IMG/VR virus record: IMGVR_UViG_3300029266_001112 | Location: 6,972-70,971 of that record | DNA length: 64,000 nt | Source: a virus | Reading direction: 5' to 3' (one strand) | In this document: one piece after another, positions 47,284 through 57,790 of the stretch | Layout: every line of letters begins with the position of its first letter | Numbering within the stretch: the first letter of the stretch is position 1 | Translations under genes and position numbers: made by a program | The notes under the pieces: model-generated | Databases searched by the model: none | What the model was told of the DNA's origin: nothing | What the model saw: the letters and a program-made list of their open reading frames with translations, nothing else

Positions 47284-49982
47284 TGCCGATTGAAGATACT
47301 GTATATTACGATTCTGATGGCAAAAAGTTTCAGTTATATATTAACGGAAGTTACCAAACAATTGGTGCTGTTCATTTGGATGCTATCAATACAGAAAATA
47401 ATAATGGAATATACACAATAAACTTCGACTCAGCATACGACATCACACTTGATCCTTATCAACCAATGTTGAGTTTAACTCCACAAGATTCGGATGCTAA
47501 TCCTATTACTTGGTCTGTCACAAAAGTGTTTGACTTGACCCCAACATCTATCAACCCAAATAGTTTAGGTTCTGTAGAAAGATCAATATCAAAAGTTAGT
47601 GGAGTGGGAACTTCTTGGACGATATCTCCGACTGCAACTTTTTCAGATTCTCACACAATTGCTTTAGAAAGAGAAGCAACCGATGTTTTTAAAGTTACAG
47701 GAAAAATATCTACAGCACATAATAAGAGTGGTTTGCCAAAATCTGGAAATTTGGATTCTATCGAATTTTGGGATAATGAGTTTAGATTCTTTATAGATTA
47801 TAATTTAGAAATGGCGCATATTAGTGATATTAATGCTCCAGAATATTTAAAATACGTTGGTTTGGGTTCTCCTGATGTTAAATATAAAGCAACATCTTTT
47901 CAAACAACCAAAAGAACATTAGGCACCGATTGCCAAGGGATCGTATTCAATGATGTAGATTCTTCACTATCTGGTAAAAAATTATTTGCGGTTAACAACT
48001 CTTCAAGCGGAAGAACCATAGATCAATACAATATTGCAGATTCTTATGATATTAGTTTGATTTTGTCGGCAACTACAGCAGATAGATCATTAAATATATA
48101 CAATAATTTAGGGGTTTCCAATTCTATTACAGAAGCAGTAAATTCTAGTAATTTGACTGGTTTAGATTTTAACGATTCTGGCAATAGGTTATTTTTAGCA
48201 GATGCTGGTCATAATAACATATATCAATATAATCTTGTCAATCCATATGATTTGGATTCTTTTGCTCTCTATGAGACCGATTACTTTGAACATGTGAATG
48301 TTAATACGCCAGTAAACCCATCACAAAGTGCTGGGCATAATATACGTAATTACCAGTGGTATTGGTACTATTGGCAGTCCATTCCAATATGGTCTCCACC
48401 AGCGAATATATATGACATAACCTCTACCACACATCTATCAGGCGATGGAAAACATTACTATATGATGGATGCTGATGGGATTCGACAATTCGATTTGCTT
48501 GCGGCAGATAATTTAAATACTGCAAGTTATAAAGGTCAATTTAATATTCGAGAATTTTCCCACACGGTTTCTTACTCAAACCCTAACGGCAGATTTGAGT
48601 ATGTTAGATATGGTCAACCAATCATTACATTTACTAACACAACTTCCAGAATAACGCAATATTTTTCTGAACGGACCACTAAAACTGGTACGCGCTGGCG
48701 GTTTAATTTTGGTCAATTCCCCTCATACAGAAATGCTGGACATTTTAGTACGACACCGCTAGGATTTTCAGTTAGTGGGGTTTTCTACATAACTGGTTAC
48801 AGATTTTTGTCAGAATTTGTGCATTCTGCTTATCCACAGTGTTTTACATTGTCGGATGATGGAACGAAAATGTATATTGTTTGGGGATGTTGCTACAATA
48901 GAGGAATATTGAATCAATACACGTTAAGTACTCCCTATGATATAACGACTGCGACAAGCATTTATAGGGCATCACATGGTATTGGATCGAAGAGTCCAGA
49001 TGTTGATAATGTGACAGAATCAAAATTATATGGTGCTTGGGGAATAGAAATCAAACCAGATGGCACATCTATGTTCGTATGGGATAATGATACAAATTAT
49101 GTGTATGAATTTACAATGACAACACCATATGATATCTCAACTATACCAACAGATGCTAACGTAATTCAACCTTGGAGTGAAGTTTATACGAGAAAATCAC
49201 CGCAAGCAGTCATGTCTCCAAGAGCAAAACATTTTAAAATGAATAGAAGTGGGACAAAATATTATCTTTCAAATGCTGTAGCAACAAGACAGTATTCTAT
49301 GTCCACTGCATACGATATATCGACTGCTGTGTTTGAGGTTGAAAGATCAGCATTAGGAAGTACTAATGTCTCAAACAACAGTGGGTTTGAACTTAATAGT
49401 GTTGAGACAGCAATATATCTCGCTGATCCTACAAATGATAGAATTTCATCATTTCAACTTACTGCTAGTTCTTCAGCAAATAATGACAGTGCAGATTTAG
49501 GTTCAGCAGTAGAAATACATCATCAAAAATTCTTGAATTTGGACTCTCATTTTACAGCAAATACTGTAAGTGATGTATTACTAACTTCTGATGGAAAGAA
49601 GATGTATGTATCTGAAAAATCTACTAATAAAGTCCATAGATATAATCTTGCAGATTCAAATGAAGTGTATAGTGCCGTATACGATTCTGCCTTTTCAACT
49701 GGGTATAGTGGACTTACTGGAATGGTACTAAATGATTCTGAAAACAAAATGATAGTCTCTCTTGGAACAAGTTCTAGGGGTTATCTCAGAGAATACACAA
49801 TTGCAAACCCACTATCAAGTAGCACATTCAATACTAATGAATATTTGTTGACAGGTAACTACAACGGAAATATAACAGATGTTCATTTTAAAAATGATGG
49901 TAGTGAATTTATTACAATAGGTGATGGTGGTGGATTAGACATATATTCTACAAGAAATAATTTTGTGATTAAACCTATATAA
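47283..49982 (+). CDS. Beta-propeller-repeat virion protein
   Basis: Repeated DGTKMY...QY.LST.YDI.TA blades (QYTLSTPYDITTA, EFTMTTPYDIST, QYSMSTAYDISTA, QYNLVNPYDL). Confidence 0.65.
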   Translation: MPIEDTVYYDSDGKKFQLYINGSYQTIGAVHLDAINTENNNGIYTINFDSAYDITLDPYQPMLSLTPQDSDANPITWSVTKVFDLTPTSINPNSLGSVERSISKVSGVGTSWTISPTATFSDSHTIALEREATDVFKVTGKISTAHNKSGLPKSGNLDSIEFWDNEFRFFIDYNLEMAHISDINAPEYLKYVGLGSPDVKYKATSFQTTKRTLGTDCQGIVFNDVDSSLSGKKLFAVNNSSSGRTIDQYNIADSYDISLILSATTADRSLNIYNNLGVSNSITEAVNSSNLTGLDFNDSGNRLFLADAGHNNIYQYNLVNPYDLDSFALYETDYFEHVNVNTPVNPSQSAGHNIRNYQWYWYYWQSIPIWSPPANIYDITSTTHLSGDGKHYYMMDADGIRQFDLLAADNLNTASYKGQFNIREFSHTVSYSNPNGRFEYVRYGQPIITFTNTTSRITQYFSERTTKTGTRWRFNFGQFPSYRNAGHFSTTPLGFSVSGVFYITGYRFLSEFVHSAYPQCFTLSDDGTKMYIVWGCCYNRGILNQYTLSTPYDITTATSIYRASHGIGSKSPDVDNVTESKLYGAWGIEIKPDGTSMFVWDNDTNYVYEFTMTTPYDISTIPTDANVIQPWSEVYTRKSPQAVMSPRAKHFKMNRSGTKYYLSNAVATRQYSMSTAYDISTAVFEVERSALGSTNVSNNSGFELNSVETAIYLADPTNDRISSFQLTASSSANNDSADLGSAVEIHHQKFLNLDSHFTANTVSDVLLTSDGKKMYVSEKSTNKVHRYNLADSNEVYSAVYDSAFSTGYSGLTGMVLNDSENKMIVSLGTSSRGYLREYTIANPLSSSTFNTNEYLLTGNYNGNITDVHFKNDGSEFITIGDGGGLDIYSTRNNFVIKPI

Positions 49983-49993
49983 AACATAATTAT

Positions 49994-50001
49994 TATAAAT
50001 A
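49994..50001 (+). promoter_or_regulatory. T4-type late promoter
   Basis: TATAAATA in the gap before 50030. Confidence 0.85.
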
Positions 50002-50029
50002 GTAGTGAATAAATTAAGGATAAACGGTT

Positions 50030-51814
50030 ATGCCAACAAAAGGAAGATCATTAGCAAATGGTGAGTTCGTCGGGAATTTTATTCCTGATGCTGATAGTTC
50101 CAGAGATTTGGGATCAACTGTTAGAAAATGGAAATCTTTACATCTAAGCGGTAACACTCTATTCTTAGGTGATAGTGGGTCTATTTCAGCAGGTGCTGGT
50201 GGCGCTATTGCAATGGCATCTATGAAAATTGGTACTGGCGCAAATGCTGTTACGTTAGAAGCAAGTGCGAGTGGTAAACTAGAAACGAAATCAACAGTTG
50301 ATGGTGTTGAGCAAGCATCAGTTCCCGCTGTTGAAAATATTGAACAACTTAGTAATGTAGATTTGACTATTCAAGAAGAAGTTTTAGCAATTCAAGTTGC
50401 AGACCCAACTGCTGGTCATGGAACTGCTTGGTTGTGGACATGGTTAACTAGTTCTTTGCCATACGCAAGATCACCAATTACAAATGTTATTCAAACAACT
50501 GTACCGCTCTATATGAAAGGTACATATCAAATCAACAACTTTGCGAATACTCAATATGGAAGTATGACGCAAACACATACGTTCAAATTGAAGTGGATTG
50601 ATGGTGCTGGAGATCAAAATCTAGTGAGTTGGCCAACAACTACAACAGTAGATCATACTCACGCAAGTATCAATGGTGGCGCATCAACCTCAGTACAAAG
50701 ATTAGCATTCAGTGTACCAGAATCAATTACACCACCTACTTTAGTTGCCCCAACTATTGCTTATACAGTCGGGTATGTTTCTGGTGCATATACTTTTACT
50801 GGTACTCAATCTGGCAGCAACCCAGAATTAGGACCATTACGTAGAGGTGGAACATACACCTTCAACTTAACTGCAAGTGGACACCCATTTTATCTAACAA
50901 CAGACAATGGCACAAACTATGTTGCTGGCAGTTATGTGGGAGAATATACATCAGGAGTAACAGGTTCAAGAAGTGAAACTGGGGCGGTAACATTTGTAGT
51001 TCCAGCAGACGCACCAAACACACTATATTATCAATGTGGAGTCCACAGTGCTATGGGTGGAACTATGGTTATTAAAGATTTGGCAGTAGAAACAAACGAT
51101 AATGGAAATTATATAATTTATGGGCAACACTCGCAAGAAGGACACAAAAATGCAATAGAACTGCGTCCAATCCCATCACTAGTAAATCAAATGTGTTTAG
51201 TGTATGATGAAACAAACTCTAAGTTTGTTCCTCAAGATATGGCAACGTATGTTGAGAATACACCATCATTTAAAAATAAAATCAAAGAGGTTGCTGGAAC
51301 TGCGACATTGGTTGCACCAGATGGCACATCCTTAGTTGCCTCTGTAAAAATTTATAGTGATGCGTCATATCTTCCAGGAGTTGGAAACGTGAATGGAGAC
51401 TTGGCATTTGCAGAAGATACTAATACAATGCATATTTTTAAATCTGGCACTGGGTGGGTTACTGCTGTCGCTTCTGCTGCTGGAATTTCGGTAGAAAATT
51501 ATGTCAATCTAAAACAAGCAGGTGCATTAACACTTACTACAGGAACTAAAAGATGGTATGCTCCCAAAGGTATCACTATCAATAAAATTATTGCAAGAGT
51601 TATCACAGCGCCTGATGGTGCCGCAATAAATATGACAGTAAAGAAAAATGGCGCATCTGGAGCAACTTTAGTAATTGCAGATGCTGGAACAAAGATTATA
51701 AATAGTTCGCCCGCTATTACAATGGTAGAAGACGATTATTTAACATTCGATATAACACAAATTGGTAGCACTACAGCAGGATCTGATCTTACTGTTACGT
51801 TTACATATTCATAA
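50030..51814 (+). CDS. Virion/fibre protein with a cupredoxin-like domain
   Basis: FIPDADSSRDLGS..KWKSLHLSG fibre motif; GTYTFN..GHPFYL..VPADAPNTLYYQCGVHSAMGG. Confidence 0.65.
   Translation: MPTKGRSLANGEFVGNFIPDADSSRDLGSTVRKWKSLHLSGNTLFLGDSGSISAGAGGAIAMASMKIGTGANAVTLEASASGKLETKSTVDGVEQASVPAVENIEQLSNVDLTIQEEVLAIQVADPTAGHGTAWLWTWLTSSLPYARSPITNVIQTTVPLYMKGTYQINNFANTQYGSMTQTHTFKLKWIDGAGDQNLVSWPTTTTVDHTHASINGGASTSVQRLAFSVPESITPPTLVAPTIAYTVGYVSGAYTFTGTQSGSNPELGPLRRGGTYTFNLTASGHPFYLTTDNGTNYVAGSYVGEYTSGVTGSRSETGAVTFVVPADAPNTLYYQCGVHSAMGGTMVIKDLAVETNDNGNYIIYGQHSQEGHKNAIELRPIPSLVNQMCLVYDETNSKFVPQDMATYVENTPSFKNKIKEVAGTATLVAPDGTSLVASVKIYSDASYLPGVGNVNGDLAFAEDTNTMHIFKSGTGWVTAVASAAGISVENYVNLKQAGALTLTTGTKRWYAPKGITINKIIARVITAPDGAAINMTVKKNGASGATLVIADAGTKIINSSPAITMVEDDYLTFDITQIGSTTAGSDLTVTFTYS
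51697..51704 (+). promoter_or_regulatory. Possible internal T4-type late promoter
   Basis: TATAAATA ~123 nt upstream of ATG 51827. Confidence 0.5.
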
Positions 51815-51826
51815 GAGGACAACAAA

Positions 51827-52105
51827 ATGGCATTAACTGATGCAGAAAAATTAGCAGTTAGACAAAGGCATGGTCTCGTTGAATCTGAAGATTCAATGAA
51901 TTATATTGCTGACTTCAAAGTGTACAAGTATAAAGCAGACACGACTTTGGACGAAGCGCATATGCATTGCGATTATATTGTTGAGAATATGGATGATAAC
52001 CTACAAATGATAATGTCTTTACGTTCTCCATTAGAAATTATTACTATTGGTGTAAGTTCGTTAAAAGACGATGATAATGTATGGACAGAATGGACGGGAG
52101 GATAA
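51827..52105 (+). CDS. Hypothetical protein
   Basis: SD AGAGGA; 92-aa frame coupled to the next gene. Confidence 0.65.
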   Translation: MALTDAEKLAVRQRHGLVESEDSMNYIADFKVYKYKADTTLDEAHMHCDYIVENMDDNLQMIMSLRSPLEIITIGVSSLKDDDNVWTEWTGG

Positions 52106-52109
52106 TATA

Positions 52110-53279
52110 ATGGCATATGCAAAATTTACACCAAGGAACCCAACATCCGCAACATCATACGATGTACGCGATATGATGTTTAGTATACAAGACTTTGTAT
52201 TAGGCCAGAATTGGAAAACTGACGCCAAAGCTAATGGTAATACTGGATTTAGTGGTCCAGCAGGAACTTCTGCTGGGACATTCCCACCATCAGGAAACTA
52301 TTACAGCACATCAACTACAGGTGCAGGCGCAGATGGGTCATTTACTTTTTATAAAAAACATTATGCACATGCACAATTTCCTTCGGCACCTGCTTTAAAG
52401 TTTGTTTTAAGAGCAGACGGGAGTGACGGATGGAGAATACACGCATATGATAAAAACGGTGCCAACATATCGCCAAATACCAATCCTGGCACTGGCATTG
52501 GTGGACATACAACTGTCAGTTATAACGGAGTTCCAGCACAATACGGGGGATACGGATCGTCCTTAGATTCAGTTCATATAATTTGTAACGACACTACTTT
52601 TGCAATTAAAATAGTAAGTGGCGGTGCTAATGGCGAGAACACCCCAACTACTATTGATCATGGTTGGACTGTTATTACTGATCTTGAGTATTCACCAACA
52701 ATAGACCTTTGGGCATACGGTGTAGACTCTACATATTGTCCTACTACGTTTGTTCACACTGCTTGGATGAATGTTATGAGTAATCCAACTCCTACTACCA
52801 CTGGTGGTAATTATGCTCACTTTGGAGTTTGTCAACCTAGATATATAGATGCACTTGGTACTGTAAGAACTGGAACTACTTCTCCGCTTAATGGGATGAG
52901 TCATATGGGATCGTATTCATTAGTAAATGAACGGTGGTCTACATTTGATCCATCCCCTGCTTTCAGACAAGACAGTTTTGCCACTGCTGGAACCGACAGT
53001 CCAGCACACATGTTAGTACCATGTACTTTCATTGGTCAGCAAAGAATGTCTTATGCTAATGGAGCATCTACCGCAGATTTGCATAAGAATCCAAGGCGTG
53101 GTAGAATGATGAATTTCTATAGAACAACCGATGATTGTGCAAGTGATGGAGATGTAATAGTAGAAGGTTCTACTAGATATAGAATAATGAAACCACATAT
53201 GACAGGAAATTATCAAGGATATATTGCTAATGTTAAAGCATGTTATGCATTTCCTGAAGATAATGTTCCATACGCATAA
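52110..53279 (+). CDS. Hypothetical Gly/Thr-rich virion-like protein
   Basis: ATG 52110 follows SD GGAGGA; structural-type composition. Confidence 0.65.
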   Translation: MAYAKFTPRNPTSATSYDVRDMMFSIQDFVLGQNWKTDAKANGNTGFSGPAGTSAGTFPPSGNYYSTSTTGAGADGSFTFYKKHYAHAQFPSAPALKFVLRADGSDGWRIHAYDKNGANISPNTNPGTGIGGHTTVSYNGVPAQYGGYGSSLDSVHIICNDTTFAIKIVSGGANGENTPTTIDHGWTVITDLEYSPTIDLWAYGVDSTYCPTTFVHTAWMNVMSNPTPTTTGGNYAHFGVCQPRYIDALGTVRTGTTSPLNGMSHMGSYSLVNERWSTFDPSPAFRQDSFATAGTDSPAHMLVPCTFIGQQRMSYANGASTADLHKNPRRGRMMNFYRTTDDCASDGDVIVEGSTRYRIMKPHMTGNYQGYIANVKACYAFPEDNVPYA

Positions 53280-53296
53280 AAGTAGGGTAAAATAAA

Positions 53297-53515
53297 ATGG
53301 CAGCAGTAATGGCGTATGTTAATAGTCTTGATAGTTCTTCGGAAGGCGTAGCATTTATACTCAATAGTAATGGTGTAATGCTTAATAGTCTTGATAGTGC
53401 TTCGGAAGGTGTGGCACTCAATAGTCTGATTAATGCTGTCAAGGTTATAAATTTTGCTGGTGAATCAAGCGCAGCACCAACTGGTGCGGGCGCGCAGGCG
53501 TGGTCAGATGGATAA
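53297..53515 (+). CDS. 72-aa protein with an internal NSLDS.SEGVA duplication
   Basis: Fills the gap on the coding strand; the direct repeat is in frame. Confidence 0.55.
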   Translation: MAAVMAYVNSLDSSSEGVAFILNSNGVMLNSLDSASEGVALNSLINAVKVINFAGESSAAPTGAGAQAWSDG

Positions 53516-53552
53516 TTCTTAAAATAGGACAAATAGTTAAGATGAAAATCGC

Positions 53553-53560
53553 TATAAATA
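53553..53560 (+). promoter_or_regulatory. T4-type late promoter
   Basis: TATAAATA before gp13. Confidence 0.85.
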
Positions 53561-53592
53561 GAAGTAAATGAACTATTTAAGTAGGAAAACCA

Positions 53593-54351
53593 ATGGCATC
53601 AAATAGACCTAATACCAGAGATGAATTGATAGATTACTGTTTGCGGAGATTAGGTGCGCCAGTAATTGAAATCAATGTTGCGTTAGATCAAGTAGAAGAT
53701 CGTGTTGATGATGCTTTTGATTTTTATCAAGAATTTCATTCTGATGCTACGCATAGAACATATCTAAAACATTTAGTAACGTCTACAGATGTTACTAATA
53801 AATATATCCCAATACCTTCAAGTGTAATTTATGTCACAAAACTATTTCCAGTGATCACTGCTGGTAACAGTTCAAACTTCTTTGATATCAAATACCAAAT
53901 GATGCTGAATGATGTCGCTGATATGGGTAGTTTTATTGGCGATTTAATGTACTATGAGCAAATGCAACAACATCTAGCACTTATTGATACAAAACTAAAT
54001 GGTGTGCCTCAAGTTGGATATTCGCGGCGAGAAAATAAACTTAATATTCATGGTGAGTGGCAAAATGGAGATATAAAAGCAGGTGATTATTTGGTCGTAG
54101 AAGCACTACAAATTGTCAATCCAGATACGAACACTTCCATTTATGATGATAGATTTCTAAAAGACTATACTACTGCTTTGATAAAAATCCAGTGGGGATC
54201 AAATTTAATCAAGTTTGAAGGTATGGTATTACCTGGAGGTGCCACATTAAATGGTAGACAAATTTATGATGATGCTTTATTGGAGAGAGATAGACTTGAA
54301 GAGCGAATGCGTCTTGAACAAGAAATGCCGCCAGATTTTATGGTGGGTTAA
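53593..54351 (+). CDS. gp13: Neck protein gp13
   Basis: LIDYCLRRLGAPVIEINV..QVEDRVDDA, QWGSNLIKFEGMVLPGGATLNGRQIYDDA and PPDFMVG. Confidence 0.93.
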   Translation: MASNRPNTRDELIDYCLRRLGAPVIEINVALDQVEDRVDDAFDFYQEFHSDATHRTYLKHLVTSTDVTNKYIPIPSSVIYVTKLFPVITAGNSSNFFDIKYQMMLNDVADMGSFIGDLMYYEQMQQHLALIDTKLNGVPQVGYSRRENKLNIHGEWQNGDIKAGDYLVVEALQIVNPDTNTSIYDDRFLKDYTTALIKIQWGSNLIKFEGMVLPGGATLNGRQIYDDALLERDRLEERMRLEQEMPPDFMVG

Positions 54352-54354
54352 AAT

Positions 54355-54957
54355 ATGACAACTAATCATTATATTTCCCAATCAGTAAAAAGTGAACAAA
54401 ACCTCTATGAAGATATTATCATAGAGTCACTAAAAACTTATGGACAAGATGTTTATTATTTGCCCAGAAGCATTGTAAATGAGAACAAGGTTTTTGGAGA
54501 TGATATTCCATCAGCATTCAACTCTTCATATAAAATAGAAATGTATATTGAAAACAGTGAAGGATTCGATGGGGAAGGTGATTTGTTCACAAAGTTTGGC
54601 GTTGAAATACGTGATGCTGCAACATTTATAGTTTCTCGCAGAAGATGGGGCGGTCTTGTTAATCAATCAAGTAATGATATAGATCAAATTGAACGTCCTG
54701 CTGAAGGCGATTTAATATATCTCCCACTATCAAAGTCCATGTTTGAAATTATGCATGTCGAACATGAATCACCATTTTATCAATTGAGTAATCTACCAAC
54801 ATATAAAATGAGATGTGAATTATTTGTATATAATGATGAGACTTTCGACACATCACTTTCAAGTCTGAATGAAATTGAAATTTCTGGTGCATATGCATAT
54901 GATCTTACTCTTAAAGTTCCAAAAGCAGCAACTGCAACTGCTAGTCTTACAGCATAG
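54355..54957 (+). CDS. gp14: Neck protein gp14 (core part)
   Basis: EQNLYEDIIIESLKTYGQDVYYLPR, TKFGVEIRD and RPAEGDLIYLP..FEI.HVEHESPFYQL. Confidence 0.92.
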   Translation: MTTNHYISQSVKSEQNLYEDIIIESLKTYGQDVYYLPRSIVNENKVFGDDIPSAFNSSYKIEMYIENSEGFDGEGDLFTKFGVEIRDAATFIVSRRRWGGLVNQSSNDIDQIERPAEGDLIYLPLSKSMFEIMHVEHESPFYQLSNLPTYKMRCELFVYNDETFDTSLSSLNEIEISGAYAYDLTLKVPKAATATASLTA

Positions 54958-54969
54958 GAGAGTATCATA

Positions 54970-56592
54970 ATGGCATCAATTGGATCAATATTAATGGACA
55001 GTGTAGGTTATGGGTACGACTCTTTTGCTGTTGTGAAAATCTCAAAACCTAATATGCCCATAATAAAACCAGTTTTAACCGCAAATGTATCTAATACATC
55101 TATTTCTAGTGTTGGGGTATCTAGAGCGGGTTCCTATTACATAGTTACACCTGTGCTTACTATTCCAGCACCATCAGACTCCAGCAACAAATTGGCGATA
55201 GTTGCACCTTCTATAACCAACCCAATCCAAGCATCTAATAAAGTAACTGGATTATCGGTAACAAATGCTGGAAAGTTTTATGATAGCAGTGGTGCTACGA
55301 CAATTACTATTTCAGCACCCACAGGAGATAGTGACAAATTAGCAATAATTGCACCTTCTATAACTGCTGGCAAGGTAAGCGCATTATCGATAACAAATGA
55401 TGGTAAACTTTACGATAGTTCTACACCACCAACAATTGTTATTTCAACACCTACAGGAGATAGTGATAAGCAAGCAACAATATCGTTGCAATATGATAGT
55501 GCTAATGGTAATGTATCTGGAATATCAGTACTAAGTAATGGTAAACTTTACGATAGTAGTGGAATTGTGACAATTACTATTTCAGCACACGATTCTGCTG
55601 GGGGTACAACCGCGACAGCAGTTCCAGTAATAGTTGATAATAGAATTTCTAGTATTACAATTACAGAATCTGGGAGTGGATATACAAGCACACCAACAGC
55701 AACTATTGCGGCACCAACACTGTCGTTATCAAATTTTATAGCAACGGGAACATTAACAACAGCAAATAATAGAGTGAACTCTGTTGTAATTACAAACTCT
55801 GGAGACTTTTACACACATGCTCCAACTGTTACAGTTTCTGCACCAACCCTTTCTTTGAGTGATTTTAATGCTACTGCTAACGCAATTGTGGTAAACAATG
55901 TATTAGATTCCGCAAGAATTACAGACTCTGGAGACTTTTACACACATGCTCCAACTGTTACAGTTTCTGCCGCAACAAAAACTGCTACTGATTTTACAGC
56001 AACTGGTATAGTTTTAATGAATCAGGATGATAGTGGAAATAGTCTAGCATCAGTGAATATGACAAATACTGGTAGATTTTACACAACTGTACCAATCGTC
56101 ACAGTAGACAGCGCAACAGGCGACAGTGATTACTTTAGAGCAGTAGGATTTGCAAATTACAATTTGTCTGCACGTACAATTTCTAGTATATCAATAACTA
56201 AGAAGGGGAAATATTATAATTCAGATGTGACCCCTGTAGTAACTATTGCAGCACCTCCTTTAGCATCTTTTGCTGTTGGTGAAAAGGTAACACATAAGTT
56301 ACCAAATACAACTTTGCACGGTGAAGTGAGCGCATATGATCCAGTTTTAGGTAAACTATCTCTTATTCATGTCGGTGCTGCTGATGGAGAATACCATACG
56401 TTTACACCATCGACAGACTCTGATATTGTGGGTGCTGGTGGGTCTAAAGGTGGAATTATTAGTGTTTTCGAAAATAATAAAATATCCTCGAATGAGCAGA
56501 ACGAAGAATTTGCCGCGAATGTTTCTGGCACTACACTAGGTTTCTTGGACTTCTCAGAAACAAATCCATTTGGTGATCCAGGAGACACATAA
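54970..56592 (+). CDS. gp14-associated repeat protein carrying the gp14-type C-terminal motif
   Basis: About 43-aa repeats (V.SI.ITN.G.FY...PTVT.SA), with an exact DNA duplication at 129-nt spacing (55801/55930); ends FLDFSETNPFGDP. Confidence 0.7.
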   Translation: MASIGSILMDSVGYGYDSFAVVKISKPNMPIIKPVLTANVSNTSISSVGVSRAGSYYIVTPVLTIPAPSDSSNKLAIVAPSITNPIQASNKVTGLSVTNAGKFYDSSGATTITISAPTGDSDKLAIIAPSITAGKVSALSITNDGKLYDSSTPPTIVISTPTGDSDKQATISLQYDSANGNVSGISVLSNGKLYDSSGIVTITISAHDSAGGTTATAVPVIVDNRISSITITESGSGYTSTPTATIAAPTLSLSNFIATGTLTTANNRVNSVVITNSGDFYTHAPTVTVSAPTLSLSDFNATANAIVVNNVLDSARITDSGDFYTHAPTVTVSAATKTATDFTATGIVLMNQDDSGNSLASVNMTNTGRFYTTVPIVTVDSATGDSDYFRAVGFANYNLSARTISSISITKKGKYYNSDVTPVVTIAAPPLASFAVGEKVTHKLPNTTLHGEVSAYDPVLGKLSLIHVGAADGEYHTFTPSTDSDIVGAGGSKGGIISVFENNKISSNEQNEEFAANVSGTTLGFLDFSETNPFGDPGDT

Positions 56593-57383
56593 TGTTAGAA
56601 TATTTTTATCACGAAAGAATTAGAAAGTCGGTTGCAATTTTTGGAACCATGTTCAACAACATTTATGTACTGAGGAAAGATTCTGGAGGAAAAGTTATAA
56701 GTCAAGTCAAAGTTCCTTTATCATACGCACCGAAAGCAAAATTCCTAGACAGAATTAGAGCAAATCCTGATCTTGAAAAGGATACACAAGTTGCGTTGAA
56801 ACTTCCCAGAATGTCCTTTGAAATAACATCCTTTACATATAATGCAGAACGAAAACTTCCTAAAATGAATGCATATGATAAGAATTTATCAACAGTATCT
56901 AATACAAAAAGAAATAAATTTTTTAGTCCAGCACCATATGATATTTCATTTCAACTGAATATCTATGCAAAAACTCAAGATGATGCCTTGCAAATGGTAG
57001 AACAAATTATTCCATACTTTAATCCACACTACACTATAACGATGAAACCCTTTACAACATTAGCAAGCGACATAAAAGAAGATGTTCCTATTACTTTAAC
57101 TGGTGTCAATTTCTCTGATGATTTTGAAGGATCATTGGAACAAAGACGAACTATAATTTATACATTAGAATTTACTATGCTGGCGAATTTTTATGGTCCT
57201 ATCAATGATCAATCTATTATTAGAAAAACGACTACTGATGTATACAGCACAATCCTAGGTGATTCAAGTGACCCACAATTAGCACAATACACTATCGACC
57301 CAAATCCACTGAATCTCGCCCCGCCATCAGGAGATAGTGATTTCGGATTCACTGTTACTCATGATGAAAAATTCGATGACTAA
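56592..57383 (+). CDS. gp15: Tail sheath stabiliser/terminator gp15
   Basis: YFYHERIRK..FGTMFNNI, KVPLSYAPK.KFL, LPRMSFE and QMVEQIIPYFNP. Confidence 0.93.
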   Translation: MLEYFYHERIRKSVAIFGTMFNNIYVLRKDSGGKVISQVKVPLSYAPKAKFLDRIRANPDLEKDTQVALKLPRMSFEITSFTYNAERKLPKMNAYDKNLSTVSNTKRNKFFSPAPYDISFQLNIYAKTQDDALQMVEQIIPYFNPHYTITMKPFTTLASDIKEDVPITLTGVNFSDDFEGSLEQRRTIIYTLEFTMLANFYGPINDQSIIRKTTTDVYSTILGDSSDPQLAQYTIDPNPLNLAPPSGDSDFGFTVTHDEKFDD

Positions 57384-57412
57384 GAATAAGGACTAAAAAG
57401 GGATAAAATAAA

Positions 57413-57790
57413 ATGAGTGATTCAGATAATGTAAAGAATGATTTAGAATTTACGAGGCAAACATATTACGACCTAATTGGAAAAGGTCAGCAATCTCTTG
57501 ATGAAATGATGCAGATTGCATCTCAACTAGAACACCCTAGGGCATTTGAGGTAGTTGCTGGTTTAATTAAAAGTGTATCAGAAGTAAATGATAAACTTAT
57601 AGATTTACATAAAAAGAAAAACGAATTAAGCAGTGTACAATTACTGGAGGGTGGAACTACAAATAATCTATTTGTCGGGTCTACTGTAGAACTACAAAGA
57701 ATGCTTCAAGACATACGAGAATCAGAAGATGATGATACTAGGGATAATGAAAATATTATAGAATTTGTCCCAAAGGGCGACGATGACTGA
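57413..57790 (+). CDS. gp16: Terminase small subunit gp16
   Basis: HPRAFEVVAGLIK and TNNLFVGSTVELQRML. Confidence 0.9.
   Translation: MSDSDNVKNDLEFTRQTYYDLIGKGQQSLDEMMQIASQLEHPRAFEVVAGLIKSVSEVNDKLIDLHKKKNELSSVQLLEGGTTNNLFVGSTVELQRMLQDIRESEDDDTRDNENIIEFVPKGDDD

Noticed and set aside
42592-49982. Diversity-generating retroelement targeting the aromatic-rich adhesin regions
   Set aside because: No reverse transcriptase and no template/variable repeat pair differing at adenines was seen in this window.
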